A DNA stretch of 64,000 bases from a virus. This document shows positions 41,527-53,392 of the stretch, piece after piece. Location: positions 32,001 to 96,000 of IMG/VR virus record IMGVR_UViG_3300025437_000010; one strand, 5' to 3'. Under the pieces are notes generated by a model. It made no database searches and was not told the DNA's origin. It saw only the letters and a list, made by a program, of their open reading frames with translations. Made by a program: the position numbers and the translations under genes. Each line of letters opens with the position of its first letter. The stretch's first letter is position 1.

Positions 41527-42051
41527 ATGGGCATGGAAACCGTATTTGAACATCTCAAAGGTCGTCACCTAAACGTTGATCTTCATCGTCCCATGATTGA
41601 TGAAGTTGGGCGGGTGGCGACCTTTTATCTGTATGACCTTACTGGCCGTGCAGTCGGCTATCATCAATATCGTCCGGAAGGCGAGAAGAAACTACCCAAC
41701 GATTTCAAGAGTGGTAAATATTTCACTTGGCGTAAGGGTTACGCTCCATGGGGTGTAGAAAGCCTTTCGCTGACCCCGCATGTGGTTTTTCTTACCGAAG
41801 GTATCTTTGACGCGGCCCGTCTGACAGAGCACGGGTATAGCGCACTTGCAACACTTTCTAACGATCCACAGCCAGACTTCAAAAACTGGTTGCATTTTCT
41901 TGGTCGTCGTGTTATAGCAGTGTGTGATAATGATAATGCAGGTCGTCGCCTTGCTAAGTTTGGTGATGTTGCCGTGGTCACCAAAGACAAAGACTTAGGT
42001 GATGCAGATGATTCTTATGTTGATTGGTTGTTGAAAGAGTATGGTCAGTGA
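41527..42051 (+). CDS. Stand-alone TOPRIM (primase-like) protein
   Basis: LTEGIFDA, DNDNAG, KDLGD. Confidence 0.7.
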   Translation: MGMETVFEHLKGRHLNVDLHRPMIDEVGRVATFYLYDLTGRAVGYHQYRPEGEKKLPNDFKSGKYFTWRKGYAPWGVESLSLTPHVVFLTEGIFDAARLTEHGYSALATLSNDPQPDFKNWLHFLGRRVIAVCDNDNAGRRLAKFGDVAVVTKDKDLGDADDSYVDWLLKEYGQ

Positions 42052-42677
42052 AAACCCTATCCGAACTTGAGCTTATTGCGGGTAATTATAGCATCGTAAA
42101 GGATGATGATGGTACTTATGCTATTCACCGTGATGGCGTATCAATTCATGGCGTATGCGATGGAGATGCTGTAATTGCTTGGATGGCTAATTGTTTGTTT
42201 AATTATGACTGTCTACTAAGGAAAGTACAAAATGAAACTATGGGATAATGAATCTAATCTTTGGTTGCTGACTCCCGAGGAATTTACCGAAGTTCCTGAT
42301 GGAATAGTATTGCTTGGTATTAACGATAATACTAAGGTGAAGGGTAAAGACTACATTGACGATCATACCCGAGGAGGATGTCTTGCTTACGGTCTTACGC
42401 CAGTCATGGCAGAGTCGCAGGGCTTGATGCCGCAGTTTATTATTTGGAAGCTGAGAAGCTGATGGCTAAAACCATTAACTTTGGAAGGGTGCCCGGAGAA
42501 AAAGACCTTGAATGGTTTGCGAAGAACATTGGGCCTCGTACTCATTATACAAAATACAACATCGGTGGCGAGGGGTGGCGCTTTACCCTTTTGTCAGATA
42601 ACCCATGGTCCAAAAAAGATTGGGTGCTGACAGTTGAAGACGATCAAATGATGACATATTATTTGCTGACTCATTGA
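42048..42677 (+). CDS. Three small hypothetical ORFs
   Basis: Coupled ORFs; two end IIWKLRS and YYLLTH. Confidence 0.5.
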
Positions 42678-42750
42678 TTTTTTATGTTGACAGCACATTT
42701 TGATACGCCTAAGACAAGTCATCGCAACCGATTAGTCACGGAGATTTCAA

Positions 42751-43476
42751 ATGAACATCGACCTTACGAAGATCAAAGCACGTATCCTTGCTCTCTCAGC
42801 AAAGACCATTCAAAATGGGTGCACCGAAGAAGAAGCCATGGCTGCTATCACGATGGTTGGCAAGTTGTTGCAACAGTATAACTTGTCCATGGATGAAGTT
42901 GAGCTTCGTGCTGAAAAATGTGCTACTCTCAAGATCGATAGTGGAAGCAAGATGCGTGGAGGTGTTTACTTTGCTGCTTCGGCTATCGGGGCCTTTACTG
43001 GCTGCAAAGTTTGGGTTAGTCGTGCCGGAAATCTGACGTATTGCTTCTTTGGTCAAGAAAGTGATCTTTTGATGGCAAAGTATCTTTATGATGTCATCAC
43101 CTGCGCGATTGATACCGAAACCTCAAAATTCAAAAAGACGCCTGAATATCAAATGTCCCTTTCTAAAAAGGGTGCGACGAGTTCTTTTACCATTGGCATG
43201 GGGTCGCGTATCTCTGTTCGTCTCATGCAGATGAAAAAGGAAAATGATGGTGAAGTTGCTGCTGCTCGCGGTGGGAGTAATGCGCTGGTGGTATTGAAGA
43301 ACCAGATTGTTGCAAATGCCTACGGTGAACTTGCACTCCGCTTGAAGAAAAACTACAATAAGACCTCTATTACCGATGGCACCGCATATCGCAATGGACA
43401 GTCTGCTGGTGATCGCGTTAATCTCTCGCGCCCTGTTAATGGGACTGTGGGTAAAGTTTTGCAAATTACTGCTTAA
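42751..43476 (+). CDS. DUF2786-like protein
   Basis: KIKARILAL...GCTEEEA.AA....KLL.QYNL; C-terminal AY..G...G..VNL. Confidence 0.65.
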   Translation: MNIDLTKIKARILALSAKTIQNGCTEEEAMAAITMVGKLLQQYNLSMDEVELRAEKCATLKIDSGSKMRGGVYFAASAIGAFTGCKVWVSRAGNLTYCFFGQESDLLMAKYLYDVITCAIDTETSKFKKTPEYQMSLSKKGATSSFTIGMGSRISVRLMQMKKENDGEVAAARGGSNALVVLKNQIVANAYGELALRLKKNYNKTSITDGTAYRNGQSAGDRVNLSRPVNGTVGKVLQITA

Positions 43477-43866
43477 TTTTTATAATATGAAGGGAAATTA
43501 AAATGCGTACTTTGATTCTTTCTATCGGCTGTCTTCCTGTTTTGATCTATCTCAGATTTTGGATTGGAGTTGCCTACATTGCGCTACATTTCCTCAGTAA
43601 ATTCTGGTAAAAATTTATAAATTGCCCGTTGACATCAATTCAGAAATTGATATAGTGATTGCATAGTCACTAAGGAGATATGAAAATGCTTCCCAATATC
43701 TATCAAGTTGTTCTCGTCAATGTTGCGGGTATGACCATTTATAGTGGTTTTATGGAGGATATTGCATTTGGCATTGCTGAGAACTCTGGCTTTGAATGTA
43801 ACATTTTGCTTGACGGTAAGTTGATCGCATCATATTCTCCGATTTCTGGTTTTAAAGAATTTACAA

Positions 43867-44067
43867 ATGACTAAAACCTCAACTATGCATATTAGGTCGA
43901 ACGGAGCCAAGGAATGGTATCTGAATGACAAACGCCATCGCGAAGATGGACCTGCTATTGAATATGCAAATGGTACTAAGAAATGGTATCTGAATGGCAA
44001 GGAAGTAGATCAACTGGTTTTCTGGGTTACTACCAAGGAACGAATGAAGGAATATCATAATGTCTAA
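43867..44067 (+). CDS. 23-aa repeat protein, copy C, 1 repeat
   Basis: HREDGPA x1; DQLVFWVTTKER. Confidence 0.8.
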   Translation: MTKTSTMHIRSNGAKEWYLNDKRHREDGPAIEYANGTKKWYLNGKEVDQLVFWVTTKERMKEYHNV

Positions 44068-44272
44068 TTATGACACGCGACATGGCGGTCCATGGGATCG
44101 AGGCTCCGCAGATAGTTATTATCGCCGGGGATTTACTCCCCACTATTATACTGGTGCCACTGGGTTTGGTAAGAAGATTGAACGGGAAGACATGACTCCC
44201 GAGGAAATCGCAGCCTATACTGCTGGTTATGACGATAACAATGATGATGGCGATTTCAAGGACTGGGGATAA
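44060..44272 (+). CDS. Phage hypothetical protein (HGGP.DRG.ADSYY.R)
   Basis: Recognisable motif; coupled to the upstream ORF. Confidence 0.65.
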   Translation: MSNYDTRHGGPWDRGSADSYYRRGFTPHYYTGATGFGKKIEREDMTPEEIAAYTAGYDDNNDDGDFKDWG

Positions 44273-44273
44273 T

Positions 44274-44345
44274 ATGAGCAACTGGCTTTATCTTGCAGGG
44301 AGTGCCTGCTTCGCACTCGGCACTATTCTCAACATGTTGAAGTGA
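44274..44345 (+). CDS. 23-aa hydrophobic micropeptide, copy 1
   Basis: MSNWLYLAGSACFALGTILNMLK; paralogue at 45181 differs only synonymously over 18 codons. Confidence 0.8.
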   Translation: MSNWLYLAGSACFALGTILNMLK

Positions 44346-44525
44346 TATGCATTACCTTCATCTATTTTTTGCCATTTCCTGTAGCTCGCTTTGCGTGGCG
44401 AATATTGTAGCTATCGTATATTACTTTCGCAAGTTTCCGCTCATACTCATTACCAGTGGGTTTGCTGCTGTACTTACTGCGATTGCCACATTAATTAACT
44501 GCGTACAACTTTAAAGGAAAGTAAT

Positions 44526-47500
44526 ATGGAACTTCTTAATGTATTCGTGTCTAGCAAACGTGCAGTATTCGTCAATGGCACCCGAATCACTAGTCGTGGA
44601 ACAAAGTGGGGGAATCATTGGCATCTTGACGAATTTACATGCACTGCTGATCAGGTTCGTCAACGCCTTCGTGAACGAGGTCCGGCAAATGGTTATGCTG
44701 GTATAGAAATTGATGACGAGTATGCCGCTGAATTTGGAATTTAACAAGGAAGATTGTTGTGATTAAGAACTGTAAAACTATGGAGCAAGCCAAGGCAGAG
44801 GCGCGACGTCTTTCCAGCGAAACTGGTGACATTTATTGTTCCATGAAGTGGAAGGGTGAATGGATCATTTATGCACTGGGTTTCAGTCCTATTAAAAATG
44901 AAGAAGAGGAAAACGAAAATGCCTAAGTATTTGGTGGAAACTGTTTCTATTTTTCGCATTCGGTATCTCATTGATACTGAGAACCCAGAGTTTGCTCAAG
45001 ACACCGTGGTAATGAACGAGGCCGAAGAATTCGGTCAGAAGCACATTGATGAAAACATCATCGGGTGTCGTGAAGTTACTGACGATGAGATTCCGAAGTT
45101 GTTTTTTGAAGACCACCCATACTTGGAAAATTGGGGTCCTGAAAAGGCATTTGAATATGTTCATAAGGTTGTGACACCAAATGAGTAACTGGCTATATCT
45201 TGCCGGGAGTGCATGTTTTGCTCTCGGAACTATCATTAACATGTTTAACAAATAAGGAAATTTAAAATGGGATATTACACGAACTATTCTTTGGATATTG
45301 ACAAGTCTGCCACTGAATTTACTCCCGTGACTGGAGTAGATGAAAATGGAAATCCAGCCACGGTGTATGTCAAGCGTACAATTGATCTGGATCAAATGCA
45401 GCGGGAATTGGCAAATGATTGTGGCTATGAACGTGGCACTCTGTTTGGCGATGGTGTCAAATGGTATGAACATGAAAAAGATATGCGGGAGTTTTCCAAG
45501 AAGTATCCTGATGTCTTGTTTATTCTTTCTGGAGAGGGAGAAGATAATGAGGATATCTGGCGCGCATATTTCAAGAATGGAAAGATGCAGAAATGCAAGG
45601 CAATCGTTTCCTTTGATCCATTTGATGAAGAAAAACTTATTTAAAGGAATTTAGCATGGGACTCGACATGCAGCTTTATGCTGAACGTTATTTCTGGAAT
45701 TTTGGCGAAGAGGCCGACAAAGCACTGGCTATTGACATTGCTCAGTTGATTGGTGTTAATAATACTGCAATGCCAATTAAGACCATTCGTCTTGAAGCTG
45801 GTCGCTGGAGAAAGGCAAACCACATTCATAAATGGTTTGTTGACAACGTTCAGAATGGAAAGGATGAGTGCCAAGAATGTCCTGTAGCGCGCGGTAACTT
45901 GGTCGATCTGCGCGAGGCGTGTCGGGAAGTGCTGTCCGACAATACGAAAGCACCACTCCTGCTTCCTACCACTGATGGGTTTTTCTTTGGCGGAAAAGAT
46001 TATAATCAATGGTACTTTGCTGATCTTGATGATACCATCAAAATTATTGACAATGCACTTTCTCTTCCCGGTAGCTGGGATTTTACTTACCGATCTTCTT
46101 GGTAATTTTTTTTGATGAAGGTGTTTTTCTTGTTGACAGTATCTTTATGCCTCGGTATAAGAGGACACCAAGACGAACAGGAGACTTCAAATGGCTTACA
46201 TCGTTTACAACATCGCAACGACTCGTATTGAAGAAACTTATGAAAATGAAACCGCTGCAAAGCGGACTCGCACTCGCCTGAACAACAAGGCTGGCGAAGT
46301 TAAGTTTGCAATTGCCCCGAGTGATGTCTATTACGCTGGAATTGAGCAGATGGTTGAACGCACGAACCTCATGACTGGCAAGACCTTTATGGAGAGCGTG
46401 AACACCCCCTACTACTGCTCGCCCTCGAGTGAGTCTTATTGGAGCGCGTAAACGGCTGGCATTCTTTTTGAAACTATACGCAGATAGATTGGAAATTAAC
46501 ATGTCGGAAGAACTTGAATTGAAGTGGGGAACGATTAAGGGATGGAATCTCAATGAGGGTGGTCCCGTGCATGTTCTTATGGAACAGTATCTCAATGAAG
46601 GGTCCTCAATGTCGGCAATGTTTCAACGCGATACTGAAAACCAAAAGCGTCTGATTCTTAAAATCATTGATGCCGTTGATACTGATCAAATCTATCTTGA
46701 CTGGGATGGAAAGTATGTCAGCAAGGACGAGGCCAAAGAATACGTCTTGAACTACGATAAGGACCGTTAAAATGCATAGCGACGACCAGTTTCCTCCTAT
46801 TGAAGGTAACACAAATAACTATGGTATCACTCCTGTCTTTCTTATTTGTTTGACAGCGATTGTATTTGGTGTTACTATTGTTCATTGCATTTGAATAAGG
46901 ATATAAGTTATGGACCTTGACCGCGCAACTCGCATCGTCAATAAGATGGTAAGGGAACGGTTTTCTACCGTTGACAAGGTTCTTGCTGAATTTAACAAGT
47001 ATCAGGTTGGCGGTGAATGCTCGCATTTCTGGCCAGATGAAAATACTGCATGTAAGATGTTGATTGATAATCTTGAAGGGAACTGATCATGGGTTATTAT
47101 GTACAAGACGGAATCCGTAACTTCAAACCCGACAACACGGAAAGCGTGTTCTATTTTCCTGCATATGGAGAATACACCTTTACCGAACTCGTTGATGCTG
47201 CTAATGAGCATTTTGGTTTGGAACTGACAATTGACGATTATCGTGTTGGTATTGAGTATATCCATACTGAGGCTGTTGGTTATGATCGCTATGACTCGTC
47301 TGATTACACCAACTATTTTGTAATCACTCGACGTATTATTAAGTAAAATGGAGATCGATAATGAGCAAACGTAACACATTTCTGTTCGGAGTGGCTGTGG
47401 GCGCCTGGCTGAATATTTGGCCAGCCCCTATCCTCCACTATCCGTTTGCAGCGTTTATCTTTGCCTACATCCTGGTATTCTATGCACTGTTCAGTATGAC

Positions 47501-48943
47501 CATGGAGAAACGATGATGACCGATATTGCTCGGCAGGCTCTGGCGGACATTCTTGATGAAATCAAAGACAAGACTGTTAATCATAATCTCATCATGTCAA
47601 TCTCAAAGGTAAGGCGGATTGCCCATGATGCCCTTGAACATCCCGCATACAAGAGCACGGGGATGAACACCATTGAATACTGGGAAGTCAACGAGTCCTA
47701 TGACCGGGACATGACTGCTATCGCCAACTTCACCAATGAGGAGGAGGCCAAGAAACTGGCAGGCGGGAGCATGTATCGAGGTGTGTGGAAGAAATCCACC
47801 ACCATCTTTGACACCGTGGAAGACTATGAGAACAACACTCGGGAAAAACTTCGCGAACGGGCATTGAATAAACTCACTTCCGAAGAAAAAATTGCATTGG
47901 GACTTGACCATATCAAATGATGCTGCTATAAGCGGCTATCATCAGCAAGGTGCAGAGACGTATTTGGCATGGGCAAAAGAACATACCTCTGGAATGGAAA
48001 ATGATTCTTGGTAGGATGGTGATTTGGAAGAGGATTGGTTGCATATGCACGATAGACCAAGAGATTTTTACGGACCAGAAGATTGGGACGGACACACGGA
48101 CCCGCAAGAGCAAGAAGATGATGTGAAGAAGCGTCAAGCAGCGTGGGATGCCCAACGCGCCATGCTTCCTTGGTGGCGCAAGCTATTCAAATGAACATAG
48201 AAGGAGTTTAATAATGTCTGATTTTGAAGTTCATCCTATTGGAACCGCCAGCCGCATTAAGAGAATGGAAGACGGGTTACGTTTTCTTGATGAGGTGATT
48301 GATAACAATATTATTCACACCGAGAATCCCATTAATCGGGTTCATTGGAAGGGTGAATGGCTTGAAGGCGCGGCAGCAGACTGCCTAATTCATCACCTTC
48401 GCCTAATTCAGAAAGTAGTCAAATTTGCTTTGGAGGAAAATCGGTGACTCTTCTTTCTGGATGGACACTTGATTACACAGAAGAAAAGACCCATGAAGAT
48501 GGTCCCTATACTTCTTCGGTCTACAAAAACGATCAAAATGATATTCTTGGCGTCACGGTTGATCCAGACGATCCGGACTGGGTTCATTGGTATTTCATTC
48601 CATCAGGTGAGGTTTACCCTACCATGAGTGGGAATGATTTAATTGAAACTTTTATGGAAGAATTTGAAGTATAGTGAATTATATAATTCCCGACAACCCA
48701 TCTAATCAAAAGGATAATCAAATGGATAAAATTGTTAATGTTTTTAGTGAGATTGTGGTCGGCATTTTTGTCATTACTCTTGCCGGTCTAATGTTCGCAT
48801 TGCCTGTATATTTTCTGTGGAATAGTTGTCTTGTGGATGCTGTATCTGGCCTTCATCAGATTGGATTGTTTCAGGCATGGGGTTTGAACATTCTGTTTGG
48901 TGTTCTTTTCAATAAGAGCATTTCGCAAAAGACAGAGGCGTAA
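44526..48943 (+). CDS. Run of small hypothetical early ORFs (e.g. 44526, 44919, 45267, 45656, 46191, 46501, 47089, 47513, 48213, 48444, 48722)
   Basis: Dense + strand ORFs with RBS; sigma70-like promoter at 46133. Confidence 0.55.
45181..45255 (+). CDS. 24-aa hydrophobic micropeptide, copy 2
   Basis: MSNWLYLAGSACFALGTIINMFNK. Confidence 0.8.
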   Translation: MSNWLYLAGSACFALGTIINMFNK

Positions 48944-48983
48944 AGTTTATTTTCTCTCACTTTTTGGCGAATAAGTATGCATA

Positions 48984-49007
48984 AGGGATGTGATTAATCA
49001 CATCCCT
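48984..49007. repeat. Perfect 24-bp palindrome AGGGATGTGATTAATCACATCCCT
   Basis: Read directly; lies upstream of the glycosyltransferase. Confidence 0.9.
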
Positions 49008-49030
49008 ATTGCTATTTAATGAGGAATGTT

Positions 49031-49825
49031 ATGAAATTTAGCGTACTATTACCGACGCGTGGTAGAAAAGAATTACTATTAAAATCCATTCAAAGTCTAC
49101 TTGAACAAGCAGATACCCCTGACCAAATTGAAGTTCTTTTGGGAATGGACAATGATGATACAGATTCAGTAGAGTATGTCAAGTCAGTAATTCTTCCGAG
49201 ATATTCTAATATTAAGTTATATATGTTTCCATCATATGGTTATGGAAAACTGAATATATATGCCAATTCACTTGCTGCGCTTAGTGTCGGAAACTGGATT
49301 ATGCTGTGGAATGATGATGCCTTCATTCGGACTCCACATTGGGATACTGTCATTGATAAGTATGATAATCATCCTATGCCACTCTTACGTATGCAGGTAG
49401 AAAAAATGAGCCATCCATTTGCATTGTTTCCAATTGTGAAGCGTAAGTGGTTTGAAACTGTTGGAACTCTTAGTTCATATTCACATATTGATCGCTTTAT
49501 TTACAATGTAAACAGCAATATAGATTGGCAAAATAAGCATCTGTGGGTAGTTGATGTCCCTGTCAATGTATTACATGATCGCTATGACATTACTGGAAAC
49601 AACAATGACGAGACCTTTCAAAGAGCAATAACAAGCTATAACGAAGGTCAACCCGATAATCCATGTTCAGATGATTACCAGCCATCATTTACTGCAGTGT
49701 TAACATCAACGAATAAACTCATTCATTATATCAATACTGAGTTGGGCGGAAACATGCGTTATTTGCCTATTGATACGCTTAAGGAAGTTCAGAAAGTTTC
49801 TACACAAAGTCATGGTGCTCATTAA
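49031..49825 (+). CDS. GT2-family glycosyltransferase
   Basis: SVLLPTRGR, DNDD, G.WIMLWNDD. Confidence 0.8.
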   Translation: MKFSVLLPTRGRKELLLKSIQSLLEQADTPDQIEVLLGMDNDDTDSVEYVKSVILPRYSNIKLYMFPSYGYGKLNIYANSLAALSVGNWIMLWNDDAFIRTPHWDTVIDKYDNHPMPLLRMQVEKMSHPFALFPIVKRKWFETVGTLSSYSHIDRFIYNVNSNIDWQNKHLWVVDVPVNVLHDRYDITGNNNDETFQRAITSYNEGQPDNPCSDDYQPSFTAVLTSTNKLIHYINTELGGNMRYLPIDTLKEVQKVSTQSHGAH

Positions 49826-50053
49826 TGAGATATGAACTGAGACGGTGGACTGATGAAGCTAAAACAGAATTTGTGGTCAGACAGTGCTCTGATGATTTTA
49901 ATTCAATTAACGCACAATATGATAGAGCATTATCTGCCACCACAGCGCCACATCTTATTCACATCGTAGATACCGACTCCGAAAAAAAGAGTTGACTTTT
50001 CATTCAATATCAAGCATTGTGAATCATCGGAAATTTCCAAAAGGAGTAATAAG

Positions 50054-51575
50054 ATGGATCGCGTTGTTGAAAATGGAAAAGTTGCAGTTCTGATTTCCAC
50101 GGAATTCGGGACTGGTTGGTTTTCTTGGCACGGAATTGATGACCTTATTTTTGATCCTGTGCTTGTTGAGATGGTTCGCAATGATCGTCGCGATGAAATC
50201 AAGTCGTATGTGTCTCGTGCATATCCGGGCGCTGATATTTCTGAATGTGGCATTTCTGATCTGCAAGTAGAAATGGTTCCGGAAGGATCGGTGTTTCGTA
50301 TTAATGAATGCGGTGGTGCAGAAACTATCGTGTTTTCCGAAGATGATTATTGGATTGAGGTGTAACATGCAAATTGCAATCGCAACGCCAGATGGAAAGG
50401 TTAGCCTTTGGTGTGACGTTACTGGTATCAACGAAGATGGTTCAATTGACTTCTATGTTTTCAACGGTGCTTGGAGAGGTAGATACAATAACGGTGAAAT
50501 CTACGTAGAATATACCAAGGCTACTTATCCTGGTATGCTTGTGTGGGTTGGCAATGCTCCCAGTAACTACAATCATGCTATACCTTGGATTCAGGAACAA
50601 ATTGACGATCCCGAATATGTAATGATGCGGCCTGATCAGTATGTTGCCCCCGTATTGGAAAAAAATGATGATGAAGAATCGGATGATATTCCGTTTTGAT
50701 TGAGGAGTTTTATTATGCTTATTTTTTTTAATCTGTTTCTCGCAGCAATTAATACCATTTGTTTTGTATTTTTCACCCTGCCACAGACTCCGACACGGGG
50801 TGGAAAAATTGCGGGATTTATTAATGGTTTGGCCGCTGGTTTTTGTTTGTCTACCGCATTCTCTGCTCTGTTACTGCATTAAGCAAAATGAAAATTATTC
50901 ATGTTAATAGGCAACATGTTGCCATGAATGCCAAAGATGGTGGGAATCGTCCTGTCTATACCATTAAGGATAGCGGCAAAACCCGTTATGCCCTAGAAGT
51001 TGTAATTGACGGACCTTCTCGTTTAGTGTATAATAGCACTCATTTGAGTTGTGGTGCTCGTGCTTGGCTTGAAACTGATGCAGAACTTCAACTTATTGAT
51101 GAAATGACTTTTAAGGAAGCAAGAGAATATGAAAATTGAGTATCATTTACTTCGTAAGGCGTTGCTGCAGGCAATCTTAATAGTAGGTTCTATTTTTTTG
51201 GCGATTGCCGCTATTGTCGGTATTATTTTTGCAATCATTTGGTCAGCATTTAATATTGGACCATTGATGATTCCAGTATGGGCTTTTGTCTGTTTTGTTA
51301 TAGTACTGACTAGTCAGTTTTATTCTGATTACCATAAAGAATTCATGGAGGAACGAAAGAAGATTGTTGATACGTTGCGGCGATAAATCATGACCGAAGA
51401 TGAAGCACGAAAAAAATGGTGCCCACAGATTCCAAACCGTGAAGCAAGGTGTATTGGCTCAGATTGTGCTGCGTATAGATTCGTTCATGATGAGTTGACA
51501 AGTTTCATCGCCAATGGTAAGACAGTAGTAACACCAAGTGAACATGGTTACTGCGGTCTCGCTGGAAAACTTTGA
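50054..51575 (+). CDS. Six small hypothetical ORFs
   Basis: ORF track; promoter at 49992. Confidence 0.5.
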
Positions 51576-51586
51576 GGATTTTGTAA

Positions 51587-51850
51587 ATGTCTGAACAGCC
51601 AATTATGCATGAACGCGACGATGGCAACAAGCGTTGGTATTTAAATGGAAAAATTCATCGCGAAGATGGGCCTGCTATTGAATATGCAAATGGCACCAAG
51701 GAATGGTACCTAAATGACAAACGCCATCGCGAAGATGGTCCTGCTGTTGAACGTGCAGATGGTTCCAAGTTCTGGTATCTAAATGGCAAAGAAATAGATC
51801 AATTGGTTTTCTGGGTTACTACTAAAGAGCGAATGGAGGAAGTGTCATGA
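51587..51850 (+). CDS. 23-aa repeat protein, copy D, 2 repeats
   Basis: HREDGPA x2; 41 bp including RBS identical to copy B. Confidence 0.85.
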   Translation: MSEQPIMHERDDGNKRWYLNGKIHREDGPAIEYANGTKEWYLNDKRHREDGPAVERADGSKFWYLNGKEIDQLVFWVTTKERMEEVS

Positions 51851-52260
51851 CTATGCATCTTCTTGGCCCCGCTTTCTCTACAATTTCCAACAAGAAACAA
51901 AAGAAAAAAAACATAAACGTCAATGCTAAGTTTACACAAGAGTTCAATGCTTACAATAAGCAAATGAAACGTCTTGGGCTTAAGACAAAAACTATTGCTG
52001 AATATGTTTCGTATCGTCAAGGAAAATCTAAAACCGAACCCAAGATGATCAAAGAACCAATGAAAGCGGCTACATATATTCGTCCGAGTCCAGTTGTCCC
52101 ATCATCTGGTGATCAAGTAGGACATATTCCTGCTAAACCCGCAATGTCGTATTCCGGTGAACGAAAGCTGATTGGTATTGGGACGATGCACAAGTCCAAT
52201 TCGATCCCTATTTTTGAACAAAGTGATGCTGAAGATATCGCTAAGATGAGGAGAAATTAA
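51847..52260 (+). CDS. Phage hypothetical protein (GIGTMHKSN.IP motif)
   Basis: Motif typical of T4-like phage hypotheticals. Confidence 0.6.
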   Translation: MTMHLLGPAFSTISNKKQKKKNINVNAKFTQEFNAYNKQMKRLGLKTKTIAEYVSYRQGKSKTEPKMIKEPMKAATYIRPSPVVPSSGDQVGHIPAKPAMSYSGERKLIGIGTMHKSNSIPIFEQSDAEDIAKMRRN

Positions 52261-52449
52261 TATGAATGCTTTGATTGGTGCAGTAACAGGAAGTATTTTG
52301 TTTCTCGTTTTCACGGTTGTTGCCCAGCCCGGAAAATGGATGTTTGTAAATTATTCGGAAGGAACCGCAATTTTCCTTTATTTTGGTGTCGCATTGTTAT
52401 TTGTGGCAGCAGGAGTAATAGGCGGATTGTTGATTGACCATTCCAATAC

Positions 52450-52737
52450 ATGAAACTTCCAGTTAACTACAATAACCTAACTCCTCAGCAACGAAAGGCA
52501 GTTAGAGAACAGTATTGCCAACTACAAGACTGGAAGTGCAGTCATTGTAACAATAATTTGATGGAAGATGCAGCCGATTTCATTCAAAAAATGAAAATTA
52601 ATTTCAGCCTATTTCCGGGTGGAATCGGTTTTCTAAAATTCCCCATTCATTTACATCATGATCACAAAACAGGCTTGACAATAGGTGCTGTTCATAGTAG
52701 ATGTAATGCTGTGCTTTGGCAATATCATGGAGAGTAA
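52450..52737 (+). CDS. Endonuclease VII-like (His-Me finger) protein
   Basis: Q..KCSHC...HLHHDHKTG...GAVH.RCN. Confidence 0.65.
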   Translation: MKLPVNYNNLTPQQRKAVREQYCQLQDWKCSHCNNNLMEDAADFIQKMKINFSLFPGGIGFLKFPIHLHHDHKTGLTIGAVHSRCNAVLWQYHGE

Positions 52738-53008
52738 TTTGTGGCTAACGCGGCGGAAAAAGAAAATACATTCAGAGCATTAAAGGATGAGCCTATGCTG
52801 GCTACACGTTTCTTATGTAGGGTCAATTGGCATCGGTGGACCAAGTATAGTGAACTTCGCAGAGAGCGAAGAACTCCATACGACTATCTTGTTCAATATC
52901 GCAACTGTGATTGTTGCGGAATAATTGCACAAAACATCATACATAAGAATTGACATTCACTCAAACCATCCCCATAGTCTCTTTATTGATTTTTAATATA
53001 GGTGAAAT

Positions 53009-53392
53009 ATGATTCCTGAAGAGCATAAAGCAGCTATCATTACAAGTGGCATTTCTTTCATGCGTTCTATTACGGAATGTTATGGCAGTGAAGATGGTAT
53101 GAAACTGTGGGATGCTATTATCGATACCATTGATCCTTCGGTAAAGGGCGAAATCTTTTTCGCAATGCTGCGAGGTGATTATCAAAATAGTATCGTTCTC
53201 AAAGGCGTCGGACTTAATACTCAAAAAATTCCCGCCATCAAAGAGATTCGTGCCATTTCCGGTCTTGGTCTTCATGAAGCAAAAACTGCCTATGAAGATG
53301 CTGAGCGCGGGTATGGTGTTACTATCTCGTGTGACCCTAAGAAAGTTCATGACGCCATTTTTCATCTTCGCGCTGTCGGAATGATTGTATGA
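53009..53392 (+). CDS. Protein with ribosomal L7/L12 C-terminal-like domain
   Basis: KIPAIKEIRAISGLGLHEAK. Confidence 0.65.
   Translation: MIPEEHKAAIITSGISFMRSITECYGSEDGMKLWDAIIDTIDPSVKGEIFFAMLRGDYQNSIVLKGVGLNTQKIPAIKEIRAISGLGLHEAKTAYEDAERGYGVTISCDPKKVHDAIFHLRAVGMIV

Noticed and set aside
6371-51850. Diversity-generating retroelement behind the HREDGPA paralogues
   Set aside because: Differences are not confined to adenines (e.g. CGT, TGG, TTC codons), no non-coding template repeat is visible, and there is no reverse transcriptase in the window.
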